DNA from: Thermodesulfovibrionales bacterium
GTDB taxonomy: Bacteria; Nitrospirota; Thermodesulfovibrionia; Thermodesulfovibrionales; SM23-35
NCBI GenBank assembly: GCA_963716185.1
Contig: OY970295.1
Coordinates: 1,080,356-1,144,355 of the forward strand
Reading direction: 5' to 3'
Length of the DNA: 64,000 bases
Made by a program: the position numbers and the translations under genes. Below, in pieces: positions 28,340 to 38,095 of the stretch. A model generated the notes under the pieces. The model searched no databases, was not told the origin of the DNA, and saw only the letters and a list, made by a program, of their open reading frames with translations. The first letter of the stretch is position 1, and the number at the start of each line of letters is the position of its first letter.

Positions 28340-28513
28340 TCAGCGCGCCCCCAATTTCTCTAATATTGCTTTTAATGTAGCCTCTTCAACCTTCAGTTCC
28401 TCTTTAAACTCGTGTTTGCCGCCCGAAGCAATCTCACCCCTAAGCTCGGGTATATAGTCCTTAAGCACTGATACAAGAGCATCCTTTTCTTTGTCCGTCA
28501 GATCTAAGTTCAT
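28340..28513 (-). CDS. small hypothetical protein (57 aa)
   Basis: MNLDLTDKEKDALVSVLKDYIPELRGEIASGGKHEFKEELKVEEATLKAILEKLGAR. ATG at 28513 behind AAGAGGAGG. The longer track ORF start was rejected. Confidence 0.5.
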   Translation of the reverse strand: MNLDLTDKEKDALVSVLKDYIPELRGEIASGGKHEFKEELKVEEATLKAILEKLGAR

Positions 28514-28666
28514 GTCTAAACCTCCTCTTAAAAAATTTAAATTCAGACCACGTGGGCTCATTTATCATATTGCCTGAACCCTTAATTACACTTCTATCAT
28601 GAAAATTAAGGCAAGTCAAGGTCATGAACTTTGATTGGGATATTCATGTATCATTTGAGCGGAATA

Positions 28667-29335
28667 TTATTCAGAAAACATGCTCAATTTATCCGGGTCG
28701 GGAATGATTATCGTATTGTCCTTCTCGCTGATAAGCCCTCTCTGCTTCAGGAATGCCAATGCCCTCGATAAGGTCTCAGGGATTGTCCCGAGCAACGATG
28801 AGAGTTCCTTTTTTGAATACTTTAACCTGCAAAGCGTGATGCCGTTTTCGACTGTGCTGTTTTTTAATAAATACCCGGCGAGTCTCGCCTTAATGTCCTT
28901 TAGGGATAATTCCTCGATCCTGGAAACAAACTGCCTGAGCCTCTTCGAATAACCGCTCATCATCTTCAAGGCCAGTTCGGGATGTTCTTTTATGAGGTTG
29001 ATTATTCCCTCTCTTGAAACGCGCACCAGGACCGAATCCTCAAGAGCTGCACAGGATGCAGGATAAACCATGGAGTCGAATATCGCCGCTTCTGCCACAA
29101 GGTCTCCGGGATCATGGATATGCAGAGTATGTTCTTTGCCGTCCGCAGAAATTTTATAAATCTTGACCTTTCCCGAGACAACGATAAAGAAACCGGAGGC
29201 ATCAAGTCCTTCGGCGAATATCTCCTCTCCTTTCCCGACTTTTTTCAGAGAGGTAGATGTCAACAATAGATCTATTTCTTTTCCGGTGAAGGAACTGAAT
29301 AAGAAAGTGTTTAAGAGGAATCTCCGTACATCCAT
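28667..29335 (-). CDS. Crp/Fnr family transcriptional regulator
   Basis: 222 aa. cNMP-binding beta-roll (GEEIFAEGLDASGFFIVVSGKVKIYK) and C-terminal HTH (ELSSLLGTIPETLSRALAFLKQRGLI). Confidence 0.85.
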   Translation of the reverse strand: MDVRRFLLNTFLFSSFTGKEIDLLLTSTSLKKVGKGEEIFAEGLDASGFFIVVSGKVKIYKISADGKEHTLHIHDPGDLVAEAAIFDSMVYPASCAALEDSVLVRVSREGIINLIKEHPELALKMMSGYSKRLRQFVSRIEELSLKDIKARLAGYLLKNSTVENGITLCRLKYSKKELSSLLGTIPETLSRALAFLKQRGLISEKDNTIIIPDPDKLSMFSE

Positions 29336-29499
29336 ACCTTTAGATTCATTTTATATGATTTCATCTCATATCAAAAGCAGAATCCGGTGGACTATCGGGG
29401 CATCCGACCAATTTCTGCGACCCGGCCTAAAATCTGTGTTTGCTTTTTCCTGAGGTAATTTTTTATGCTAAATTATTAAACTTTTGGAGGTATTTAGGA

Positions 29500-29856
29500 A
29501 TGACTATAACGGATAAGGCTGCGGAAAAGGCAAAGGCCATACTGGCCGGCGAAGGTAAAAATAACTGGGGCATCAAGATATACGTTGCCGGAGAAGGCTG
29601 CTGCGGGCCGTCGTACGGGCTCAATTTACAGGAAGAGAAAACTCCTGAGGACGAGGTAATTGAGAAAAATGGTTTAAAGGTATATATGGATAAGCAGACC
29701 CTGCAATCTCTTACGGACAAAGAACTCGACTATTATGCCGGGACAGAGGGAGAGGGTTTTATATTCACAGGCGGCGCATCAACCTGCGGTTCTTCATCTT
29801 GCGGTTCAGGCGGTTCTTCCTCATCCTGCGGCTCAGGCTGCGGCTCGTGCGGATAG
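29500..29856 (+). CDS. HesB/IscA-like Fe-S assembly protein with Cys/Gly/Ser-rich tail
   Basis: ATG 29500 behind GGAGG. MTITDKAAEKAKAIL...IKIYVAGEGCCGPSYGL...GLKVYMDKQ (IscA fold), then GGASTCGSSSCGSGGSSSSCGSGCGSCG in place of the usual C-terminal CxC motif. Confidence 0.7.
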   Translation: MTITDKAAEKAKAILAGEGKNNWGIKIYVAGEGCCGPSYGLNLQEEKTPEDEVIEKNGLKVYMDKQTLQSLTDKELDYYAGTEGEGFIFTGGASTCGSSSCGSGGSSSSCGSGCGSCG

Positions 29857-29874
29857 AAAATATTTGTTAGATCA

Positions 29875-30846
29875 ATGTTTCCAATCCACAGACCGAGAAG
29901 ACTAAGGAAAAACGAAGTTATCAGGAGAATGGTGAGGGAGACCCGTCTTTCTCCTGATAATCTTATCTGTCCCCTTTTTGTCACATTCGGCATGGGAGTA
30001 AGAAAAGAGATTTCATCAATGCCCGGATGTTTTCAGGAATCCGTCGATGAGATAGTCAAACATGCCAAAGAGGTCTATTCCCTCAGCATACCATCCATAC
30101 TTCTCTTCGGCATCCCGGAGCATAAAGACGAAATCGGTTCATCCGCCTATGATGAGCACGGGGTGGTTCAGGAGGCTGTCCGGGCCATTAAGGACAAGTT
30201 ACCTGACTTGTTCGTGATTACAGACGTCTGCATGTGTGAGTATACGAGCCACGGCCACTGCGGGGTCATAAAAAATGGCGAAGTCCTGAACGACGAAACA
30301 CTCGAACTTTTATCTAAGGAGTCTGTTTCACATGCCAGGGCAGGGGCTGATATGGTTGCGCCTTCTGATATGATGGACGGCAGGGTCGAGGCAGTGCGGA
30401 TTGCCCTTGATGAAGAAGGATTCCCGGAAGTTCCGATCATGTCCTATGCTGCGAAATACGCCTCCGCTTTTTACGGCCCATTCAGGGAGGCGGCAGAATC
30501 CACTCCTCAATTCGGCGACAGGCGCTCATACCAGATGGACCCGGCAAACAGGAGGGAGGCATTGAAAGAGGTCGCCCTCGATATAGAGGAAGGCGCCGAT
30601 ATCGTTATGGTAAAACCGGCCCTCGCATATCTCGATATTATCTCTGATGTGAGAGATTCCTTTGATGTCCCTGTCGCTGCTTATAATGTAAGCGGAGAAT
30701 ATTCTCTGATAAAAGCTGCGGGGAAGCTGGGCTGGATTGATGAACAGCGTGTCATGATGGAGATACTCACATCGATAAAGCGTGCCGGCGCCGATTTGAT
30801 CCTCACCTATTTTGCGGAGGACGCAGCGAGGGTTCTGGGGAAATAA
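29875..30846 (+). CDS. hemB: porphobilinogen synthase (delta-aminolevulinate dehydratase)
   Basis: 323 aa. [45 protein letters not shown] (Cys-rich Zn site), [18 protein letters not shown]. Confidence 0.9.
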   Translation: MFPIHRPRRLRKNEVIRRMVRETRLSPDNLICPLFVTFGMGVRKEISSMPGCFQESVDEIVKHAKEVYSLSIPSILLFGIPEHKDEIGSSAYDEHGVVQEAVRAIKDKLPDLFVITDVCMCEYTSHGHCGVIKNGEVLNDETLELLSKESVSHARAGADMVAPSDMMDGRVEAVRIALDEEGFPEVPIMSYAAKYASAFYGPFREAAESTPQFGDRRSYQMDPANRREALKEVALDIEEGADIVMVKPALAYLDIISDVRDSFDVPVAAYNVSGEYSLIKAAGKLGWIDEQRVMMEILTSIKRAGADLILTYFAEDAARVLGK

Positions 30847-30871
30847 GCCGGCAGTAAACCGACTGCATCTG

Positions 30872-31915
30872 TTATTCTACGAATATCCTCTTATTGTCTT
30901 TCATGCTGCCCGAAAGTACATCACCGATATGAGCTGAGAGAATACCTTCTTTTTGCAGGGCGCTGACGAGCCTGTCCTTGTTCTCACCCGGGACAAAGAC
31001 AAGGAGCCCGCCGGATGTCTGCGCGTCGTTCAATAGAAATTTTTCCGTATCCGACATCCCACTGGACCAGGACACATACGGCTCGAAATTCTTGAAGTTG
31101 GCAATTGAACCGCCCGGCACTTTTTTCATTTCCGCCAGCCTTACCGCTTCCACGAAAAACGGCACCCGGTTCGAGTAGATGTGAGCGCTCAGGTTGCTGG
31201 CGGAAAGCACTTCGTACAAATGTCCTAGGAGACCAAAACCCGTTATATCTGTCGCCGTACTAATACCGATCCCGACCATAATCTCACTGGTCCTCCTGTT
31301 TAAAGCCGCCATGGATTTTGTAAATTCTTCTATGGTGGCTTCACTGCAAAGGTTTGCTTTGACACCCGTAGAAATTATGCCTGTTCCAATCTTTTTGGTA
31401 AGAATCAGGGCATCTCCCGGTCTGGCCTTTGAATTATCAAGGATTTTATCAGGGTGAATAATCCCGAGAACAGCAAACCCGAATTTCGGCTCTTTATCTT
31501 TAATAGTATGGCCCCCGATGATCGACACTCCCGCTTCGGCCATTTTATCGATGCCGCCCTGCATGATTTTCTTCAGATATGGAAAAAATTCCGGCTGACT
31601 GGGGAACATTGCGATATTCAACGCGGCCAACGGTTTCCCGCCCATTGCATATATATCCGAGAGCGAATTCGCAGCGGCAATGGCGCCGAACCAGTACGGA
31701 TCATCGACGATCGGTGTAAAGAAATCCGTGGTCAAGACAACTGCGACATCATCCGTGATGCGATATACACCCGCATCATCAGCGTTGGATGAATCAACCA
31801 GTACGTTCTTATCTGTTATCTTAGGCAGCTGCCCCAGCACCTGGAGCAGGTCCGAAGGACTGAATTTCGAAGCTCAGCCGGAGCAAGTTGCAAGACTTGT
31901 GAGTTTGATGTCCAT
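30872..31915 (-). CDS. selD: selenide,water dikinase, selenocysteine-containing
   Basis: The track ORF (30872-31840) extends in frame upstream through TGA at 31876..31874 to ATG 31915: MDIKLTSLATCSG-U-ASKFSPSDLLQVLGQLP. U aligns with the catalytic Cys/Sec of SelD (GxG[CU]xxK). Downstream core DDAGVY, TTDFFTP, AANSLSDIYAMGG. Confidence 0.85.
31847..31862 (-). promoter_or_regulatory. candidate bacterial SECIS hairpin for selD
   Basis: CAGUCCUUCGGACCUG, a 6-bp stem with one bulged C, starting 12 nt 3' of the UGA. Confidence 0.45.
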
Positions 31916-32020
31916 TTCGCCTCCTAAAATTAATACCCTACCATATTCTATCAGAGTTGAAAGGCGTGATGTTAGTTCTCAGAAAAGGGATATCATAAAC
32001 GTATCAAGTCCGTTTAATGC

Positions 32021-32821
32021 TTAATGTCCCGTCAGCACCTGATACCACATCCTTATGCCGGTGATAGCAATGATGACCGCTATCAGGAACCGCAGGTTTC
32101 TGGTATTGGTCTTCTTGCTCACCCTCCCGCCTATCTGGGCGCCCGGGATGGTGCCGATAACCAGAGCAATCGCATACGGCCAGATTATCTGGCCTGTCAC
32201 CATCTTTCCGATTGTGCCGGTGACTGCTCCCAGCAGGACAATACCGAGGGTGCTGCCGATCACGATTCGTGTCGGGATATTCAGGAGATATATCATCGCC
32301 GGTATGTAAATAAAAGCACCGGGCGCGCCCACCATTCCGCCAAAGCTCCCGATCAGCAGGCTCACTCCTACCGCAAGCGGCTTGTTATAGTGAAGCTCGT
32401 AGGGCGAAATGTTTTCCCCCTGTTCACGCTTGGGAATAAACATGACAACAGCGGCAATAACGGCCATTGACGCGAATATCGCCAGCAAAAAAGCGCTTTT
32501 TGTCTGTTTGGAAAATAGGGACCCCCCTAAATTTCCGGCTGCATTGGCTATCCCCATGTAAAGCAGGAGAGATTTACTGACAAAGCGGTTCCTGTGATGA
32601 ACTATGAGCCCTGAGAGGGAAGCGGAAAGGACCTGGACCATGCTGACTGCTGCCACCTGCTTCATGTCAAGATGTCCGACCCCCAGCAGAGGAGGCACAT
32701 AAAGAAGAAGAGGTATCATGAAAATTGCTCCGCCGAGTCCAAGGAGACCTGAGAGGAAACCTCCTCCTAATCCGAGGAACAAGAGTGTTGTGAGAAACAA
32801 AACATCCATACTACACCTCAA
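32021..32821 (-). CDS. TauE/SafE (DUF81) family anion exporter/permease
   Basis: 266 aa, about 8 TM. GLGGGFLSGLLGLGGAIFMIPLL and a repeated Gly-rich half. Confidence 0.75.
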   Translation of the reverse strand: MRCSMDVLFLTTLLFLGLGGGFLSGLLGLGGAIFMIPLLLYVPPLLGVGHLDMKQVAAVSMVQVLSASLSGLIVHHRNRFVSKSLLLYMGIANAAGNLGGSLFSKQTKSAFLLAIFASMAVIAAVVMFIPKREQGENISPYELHYNKPLAVGVSLLIGSFGGMVGAPGAFIYIPAMIYLLNIPTRIVIGSTLGIVLLGAVTGTIGKMVTGQIIWPYAIALVIGTIPGAQIGGRVSKKTNTRNLRFLIAVIIAITGIRMWYQVLTGH

Positions 32822-33144
32822 AAACAGACAAGCTTGTCGCTAGTCATGACCATTTCATACAGGTCTTTCTGGCTGCCCTTATGACAGACTTCATTTTCTT
32901 CCAGTCCCCTGAAGCCGAGGCACTTGCCGCACGCCAGCAGTTTGCCTTCGCTCAGAACAAAGGCTTTAGCCAGTTCTTTGATGTTGAATTTTTCAGTCTC
33001 GAAGCTCTCATAAGCCACTGCTTTTGAATTCAGAAAGATCGAGACTTCATTTGTAACATCAGCGTTCAAACAGAGGTTTGCAAAACGAAAAGCATTCCAG
33101 AGAGTCTCAGGATCGTTTGTCGATATAAGTATTCCTATTTTCAC
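32818..33144 (-). CDS. DsrE/DsrF-like family protein
   Basis: 108 aa. MKIGILISTNDPETLWNAFRFANLCL...LLACGKCLGFRG, a DsrE-fold pattern. Stop overlaps the tauE start. Confidence 0.55.
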   Translation of the reverse strand: MKIGILISTNDPETLWNAFRFANLCLNADVTNEVSIFLNSKAVAYESFETEKFNIKELAKAFVLSEGKLLACGKCLGFRGLEENEVCHKGSQKDLYEMVMTSDKLVCF

Positions 33145-33177
33145 ACTTTCCTCCTCCTATGAATGAAATATATTAAT

Positions 33178-33519
33178 TTATCTTCTCCTTTCGCCGGGAT
33201 ATGTCCCTTTCTTTGTTATGGGACAACACTCGGGTCCGGGGAGCGATTCAGGGTAATCCTTTTTCAGTATAGCGAGGAGATCGGGGATTATCGAGTCAAT
33301 AAGGAAATAACATCTTAATCTTCCGTCGATATAGTAATCGATGATGCGGTGATTTTTTAGTAATGAGAGGTGCTGTGAAATATTCGGCTGACTTATCTCT
33401 AAGAAATCCTCAAAATCACTGACACACTTAACGCCTTTCGACAGTTCTTCAAGTATCCTTATCCTTACAGGATGGGCGATGACCCTGAGCAATTCTATTC
33501 TCTGACCGAGTGTTTTCAT
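33178..33519 (-). CDS. ArsR/SmtB family transcriptional regulator
   Basis: 113 aa. HPVRIRILEELSKGVKCVSDFEDFLEISQPNISQHLSLLKNHRII, a winged HTH. Confidence 0.85.
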   Translation of the reverse strand: MKTLGQRIELLRVIAHPVRIRILEELSKGVKCVSDFEDFLEISQPNISQHLSLLKNHRIIDYYIDGRLRCYFLIDSIIPDLLAILKKDYPESLPGPECCPITKKGTYPGERRR

Positions 33520-33651
33520 ATAATCCTCATTTCACGTTTAAACATATGCTAATATTATTATATTTTTATGTATAAGTCAAGAGTCAGTACAAGCAGGCCA
33601 AGGATATCAGCGTACCACCGTATAAAGGAATTCAACTCTATTTTTATGTGA

Positions 33652-33704
33652 TTGACAAAACACGTTTACCGCCTTACGATGTAAGTAAGGATAATATTCC
33701 TTAC
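33652..33704 (+). promoter_or_regulatory. vapBC promoter with palindromic operator candidate
   Basis: TTGACA (33652-57), 17 nt, TACGAT (33675-80). Perfect palindrome GTAAGGA-N6-TCCTTAC at 33685-33704 just before the RBS. Confidence 0.5.
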
Positions 33705-33715
33705 AGGAGGTAGGC

Positions 33716-33943
33716 ATGCTGATGGCAAAGGTAACATCCAAGGGACAGGTTACTATACCAAAACAAGTGAGGGATAAACTCGGAGTGCAACCAGGCGAAG
33801 GCATAGGTTTCGAGGAAAAAGACGGCATTTTTATTATCAAAAAAGCCGTGAAGAAATCCCCTTTCGATAAATGGATTGGAAAACTTAAAAAGCTCAAGGG
33901 CGAGAAATCCGATGCAGTAATAGACGAGCTGAGAGGGAAATGA
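33716..33943 (+). CDS. vapB: AbrB/SpoVT-type antitoxin
   Basis: 75 aa. AKVTSKGQVTIPKQVRDKLGVQPGEGIGFEEKDGIFIIKK. ATGA overlap with the toxin gene. Confidence 0.8.
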   Translation: MLMAKVTSKGQVTIPKQVRDKLGVQPGEGIGFEEKDGIFIIKKAVKKSPFDKWIGKLKKLKGEKSDAVIDELRGK

Positions 33944-34407
33944 TAACAGCGGTAGATACGAATATCCTACTTGATATCCTTATCCCTGATGAAGCTTTTT
34001 TAAAATCCTCGAAAGAATTACTCGACCGGCATATTTCCAAGGGTCAGCTGATCATTTGTGAACTTGTATATGCCGAACTATCTTCTCAGTTTTTGGATGA
34101 AGAGGAATTGCGTTCTTTCATTGCGGGCACCGGTATACGACTCGTGCCGTCTGACCAACGTGTTTTGAATCTTGCGGGAAGAACGTGGAGAGAATATATA
34201 CGAAATAAGAAAGCTCTATTACAGTGCCCCTCCTGCGGGAAATCCGTACCCATTGCCTGTCCATCATGCAATTCCGCGCTTAAAATAAGGCAGCACATCA
34301 TTAGTGATTTTATGATAGGCGCCCATGCTCTTCACACTGCAGAAATTCTCCTCTCCAGAGATCATGGTTTCTACAAGACATACTTCAAAGGGTTGAGAAT
34401 TGAATAA
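33940..34407 (+). CDS. vapC: PIN-domain toxin with an inserted 4-Cys zinc-ribbon-like segment
   Basis: 155 aa. MITAVDTNILLDIL (first acidic PIN residue), ICELVYAEL, ISDFMIGAHAL. Insert CPSCGKSVPIACPSCNS at aa 96-112. Confidence 0.75.
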   Translation: MITAVDTNILLDILIPDEAFLKSSKELLDRHISKGQLIICELVYAELSSQFLDEEELRSFIAGTGIRLVPSDQRVLNLAGRTWREYIRNKKALLQCPSCGKSVPIACPSCNSALKIRQHIISDFMIGAHALHTAEILLSRDHGFYKTYFKGLRIE

Positions 34408-34494
34408 TTACCTCTGGAGCGAATTTTCGACGTACCGATGAGAATAAAATCTGAATTAATGACGATAAATATCTCTGACATCACAAACAGCCTC

Positions 34495-35082
34495 TTAATG
34501 AAAAAATGGCACGCGGAATATTAGTAAATAACCATTAAGCATAAGTAAGCTTCCCAATCCCGCAGGTATTAAAGCAAAATAGAACATGTATCTGGAAACT
34601 GCGAGAATAGAGATTGAAGCCATAACAATAGAAATTTGGAGTAGAACCTCTGCATAGTCGAAGTAAGGATCTTTGCTCCGATTTATATCACGCTCACGTT
34701 CAAGATCTTTAGCATCCTGTTCGATCTTTTTCTTCTCGACATTATAGCGCAGTTCTTCGTCGCTTATTGTTCTCAGCATTGTTTCATATTTTTCTCTGAC
34801 TTCTGGTTTCATTGAAGCTCCCCATTGGTGAAGGTCTGCTTCTATGCGCATCTTCTCGATTTTATAGAAATGTTCCCGGATCACCTTAGACTGGTAAAAT
34901 GCCCACTGGTCAGAAGATTGCTGTTGTGCAAGTAGCATCTCCTTCATCGCATTATTGCCGCCCAATGACGTGATAGCAAGAATAACAGCAAAAATAGCCG
35001 TAGTAAGTGCGACTCGTTTAGTAAACCGTTTACCCCTTACTTCTTCGAGTTCTTCAGTATTCGGAAGTTCAACTTCGGGCAT
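34495..35082 (-). CDS. DUF4337-like membrane protein
   Basis: Start at ATG 35082 behind GGAG. RVALTTAIFAVILAITSLGGNNAMKEMLLAQQQSSDQWAFYQSKVIRE and a C-terminal TM helix. Confidence 0.55.
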   Translation of the reverse strand: MPEVELPNTEELEEVRGKRFTKRVALTTAIFAVILAITSLGGNNAMKEMLLAQQQSSDQWAFYQSKVIREHFYKIEKMRIEADLHQWGASMKPEVREKYETMLRTISDEELRYNVEKKKIEQDAKDLERERDINRSKDPYFDYAEVLLQISIVMASISILAVSRYMFYFALIPAGLGSLLMLNGYLLIFRVPFFH

Positions 35083-35198
35083 TAAATTTACTCCTTCCCC
35101 AAGACATTTATTAAACATTATATGACTTTATTCCAAAAATTTACATTGAAGTGATAGGCAAAACCGAATATATGATGAATATTGAACGCTAACAACTG

Positions 35199-35246
35199 CG
35201 AATAAGTGTCATTCCGCAACTGGCGCAGCGGAATGACGCTTATTCG
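35199..35246. repeat. REP-like hairpin (19-bp stem)
   Basis: CGAATAAGTGTCATTCCGC-N10-GCGGAATGACGCTTATTCG. Shares the GTCATTCC/GGAATGAC core with the repeats at 22.6 and 28.2 kb. Confidence 0.7.
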
Positions 35247-35291
35247 AAATAAATAGGCCCAAATTCTTGGAGAGTGCGGATTTTCCTTGAG

Positions 35292-35707
35292 TCAGGTAGC
35301 ATTAAAGCCGAAGGATATTGCCACAAACTTTTCCAAATCGAGGGGCTTTATCAGATAGCAATCTGCCCCCAGTTCTTTTGCCTTTTCAATGTCCTCAATT
35401 GATTCTGATGTGGTGAGGATACACACCGGGATGGTTTTTATAGCTTCGGTACTCTTTTAATCAGAGCAAGCAAATCGAACCCATGCATCCTGGGAAGATT
35501 AAGGTCGAGTAAGATAAGATCGGGTTGAGGGGATTGCTCGTAGCCATTTATCCCTTGCAGGAATGACAGAGCATCGAGGCCATCGTTTACGGTAGAGATT
35601 TTGTAAAAGTTTTTTTCGTTGTCCGAGAGTATCTCTCTGGTGAGAAAAGCATCAATTGCGTTATCCTCGACCATCAGAATATTAATAGTCTTTCTTTCCT
35701 CAATCAC
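35292..35707 (-). pseudogene. CheY-like response regulator receiver with a frameshift
   Basis: ORF 35438-35707 (ILMVEDNAIDAFL...DLILLDLNLPRMHGFDLLALIK) stops at CTATAAAAACC. The remainder (KTIPVCILTTSESIEDIEKAKELGADCYLIKPLDLEKF) continues in another frame to the stop at 35292. Confidence 0.7.
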
Positions 35708-36017
35708 TTTTGCCCTTGCCTATTTCAGTATCAGCAATAGGGAGGATACCTTGAGATTTCACCGGCTTTTGATTTGGTTAGCACGAGCCTTGACTAATAT
35801 TTTTCAGTCTATCATGAAAAAAGGTGATACACAAATTAGCCATTCAGCAGATCGTTATAACCACGGGCGGCAATGATGGCACAATAGGGCAACGCTCCTT
35901 TCTGAAATACGCGCATTGTTATGCCCTACTCAGGTAGGATTGACTCCCTGGTCAGGAAGGATAGACTCAGAATGTGGCCGCTATTTATACCTCAAAATCA
36001 TAAAAGGGGAATCACAA

Positions 36018-37886
36018 ATGCCTTACAGTGTTGAAGTGAGGGGGAAAATCGGCATTGTTTCTGCCGAACCGGGTGAACCTATTAAGGAAGGCACCGAAGG
36101 ACCAAGAAACATCAACGAATTATTACAATCTAAAATTGCAGAGCACGAGAGAACGGAAGAAGCGCTGCGGGCGTCAGAGGCAGAACTCCATGACAACTAC
36201 TTTACCCAGTCCGCGATTAATATGATACTAAGCGAGTCACTTGAAGACATACCTTTGGAAGAAATTTTACAGAAGGCATTGAACATGATACTCTCAATTC
36301 CCTGGATTTCCTTCGAATCAATCGGAAGCATACACCTTGTTGAAGATGAGCCGGGAATCCTGGCGATGAAGGCCCAAAACAGTCTTCCCGAGGCGCTAAT
36401 AAAATCATGCGCTAAAATTCCTTTTGGAATATGCCTTTGCGGACGAGCGGCGTTGACTCAGGGAATAGAGTTTTCCGGCCATGTCGATGAGCGGCATGAA
36501 ATCTGCTATGAAGGGATGACTCCTCACGGTCATTATGCTGCGCCTATTCTGTTTGGCGGCAGGACACTGGGTGTGCTGAACATCTATCTGAAAGAAGGAC
36601 ACATCAGAAACAAGAAAGAGGAAGAATTCCTGCTCGCTGTTGTTAATACGCTGGCCGGAATCATTGTGCGCAAACAGGTAGAAAATGAGAAGGAGAAGCT
36701 GCACCACCAACTTCTGCAGGCTCAGAAAATGGAGGCGGTCGGTCAACTTGCGGGAGGTATCGCCCATGATTTCAATAATATACTTACAGCAATAATATCA
36801 TACGGTTCTCTTTTAAAGATGAAGATGAAAGAGGATGACCCTTTAAGCAGTTATGCGGACCACATTCTTTCGTCTTCAGAGAAGGCTGCGAATCTGACCC
36901 AAAGCCTACTGGCCTTCAGCAGGAAACAGATAGTAAATAAAAAATCAGTAGATATTAATGGAATTATAAGGAAATCGGAGAATCTACTGGTAAGGATTAT
37001 CAGCGAGGACATTGAGCTGAAGACTGTGCTTACTGAAGGAGATTTGACCGCAATGGCAGACCCCTTACAGATAGAGCAAATATTTATGAATCTTGCAACA
37101 AATGCAAGGGATGCTATGCCTCACGGTGGGAAATTAGAGATCGAGACAAAGATTGTAGACCTCGATGAAACCTTTGTGAAGACACATGGATACGGAAAGA
37201 TAGGGAGGTACGCCCTTATTTCAGTTAGTGATACCGGCATAGGAATGGATGAACGGATAAGGGATAAGATATTTGAGCCCTTCTTTACAACAAAGGAAGT
37301 AGGCAAGGGGACGGGACTTGGGCTCTCCATAGTATACGGGATAATCAAGCAGCATGGTGGATATATTGGTGTTTATGGTGAACCTGAGAAAGGAACGACA
37401 TTCAATATTTATTTGCCACTGATACGCACAGAAGCAGAAGAGGCACAGCCTAAAGTTGTCGATATAATTAAGAGGGGCATAGAGACAATACTTTTAGCAG
37501 ATGATAATAGTGAAGTGAGAGCAGGCGCCAAAGCGATGCTTGAGGAATTCGGATATAAAATTATCGAGGCAACTGACGGAGAAGACGCAATAGTCAAATT
37601 CAAGAGATATAAAGATAGAATTAAGCTTGTAATACTCGACGTGATAATGCCAAAGAAAAATGGCAAAGAGGCATATAAGGAGATAAGAAGGATAAGTCCT
37701 GACATAAAAGTGATCTTTACAAGTGGGTATACCGCTGACATTATTCAACAGAAGGGAATTCTCTCTGAGGGTTCCGGGTTTGTTCACAAGCCGATCACAC
37801 CTCAGGTTCTTTTGAATAAGGTGAGAGAGATTCTTGATAGAGTAGCAGTTCATACTTCCGACCAGATTTCAAGGCTGCCTATATAG
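36018..37886 (+). CDS. hybrid sensor histidine kinase (GAF-HisKA-HATPase-receiver)
   Basis: ATG 36018 behind AAAGGGGA. GAF region (ILFGGRTLGVLNIYL), H-box GGIAHDFNNILT, G boxes DTGIGM/GTGLGLS, C-terminal receiver (ILLADDNSEV...VILDVIMPKKNG...KP). Confidence 0.85.
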   Translation: MPYSVEVRGKIGIVSAEPGEPIKEGTEGPRNINELLQSKIAEHERTEEALRASEAELHDNYFTQSAINMILSESLEDIPLEEILQKALNMILSIPWISFESIGSIHLVEDEPGILAMKAQNSLPEALIKSCAKIPFGICLCGRAALTQGIEFSGHVDERHEICYEGMTPHGHYAAPILFGGRTLGVLNIYLKEGHIRNKKEEEFLLAVVNTLAGIIVRKQVENEKEKLHHQLLQAQKMEAVGQLAGGIAHDFNNILTAIISYGSLLKMKMKEDDPLSSYADHILSSSEKAANLTQSLLAFSRKQIVNKKSVDINGIIRKSENLLVRIISEDIELKTVLTEGDLTAMADPLQIEQIFMNLATNARDAMPHGGKLEIETKIVDLDETFVKTHGYGKIGRYALISVSDTGIGMDERIRDKIFEPFFTTKEVGKGTGLGLSIVYGIIKQHGGYIGVYGEPEKGTTFNIYLPLIRTEAEEAQPKVVDIIKRGIETILLADDNSEVRAGAKAMLEEFGYKIIEATDGEDAIVKFKRYKDRIKLVILDVIMPKKNGKEAYKEIRRISPDIKVIFTSGYTADIIQQKGILSEGSGFVHKPITPQVLLNKVREILDRVAVHTSDQISRLPI

Positions 37887-38095
37887 AATTGTAATCCGCA
37901 TTTTATGGAAAGTATCCGGAGTGCGACTTTGATGAGGAAATTTTGAATCGTCAAGCTTTTCCGACTTTAACACGTTGTAGGTGATACAAACAGAATTATC
38001 CTATTACCTGCCGAGCATCTTTGATGAAGTACTGTTGTAGGGGCAGACGCAGAGGCCGGGCAACAATGGAAATCGTAAAAAAACTGAGGTAGACT

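Noticed and set aside
29353-29371. ATATGA-N7-TCATAT palindrome as the binding site of the adjacent Crp/Fnr regulator
   Set aside because: It does not fit TTGAT-N4-ATCAA or TGTGA-N6-TCACA spacing. An AT-rich palindrome of this size is expected by chance in this intergenic region.
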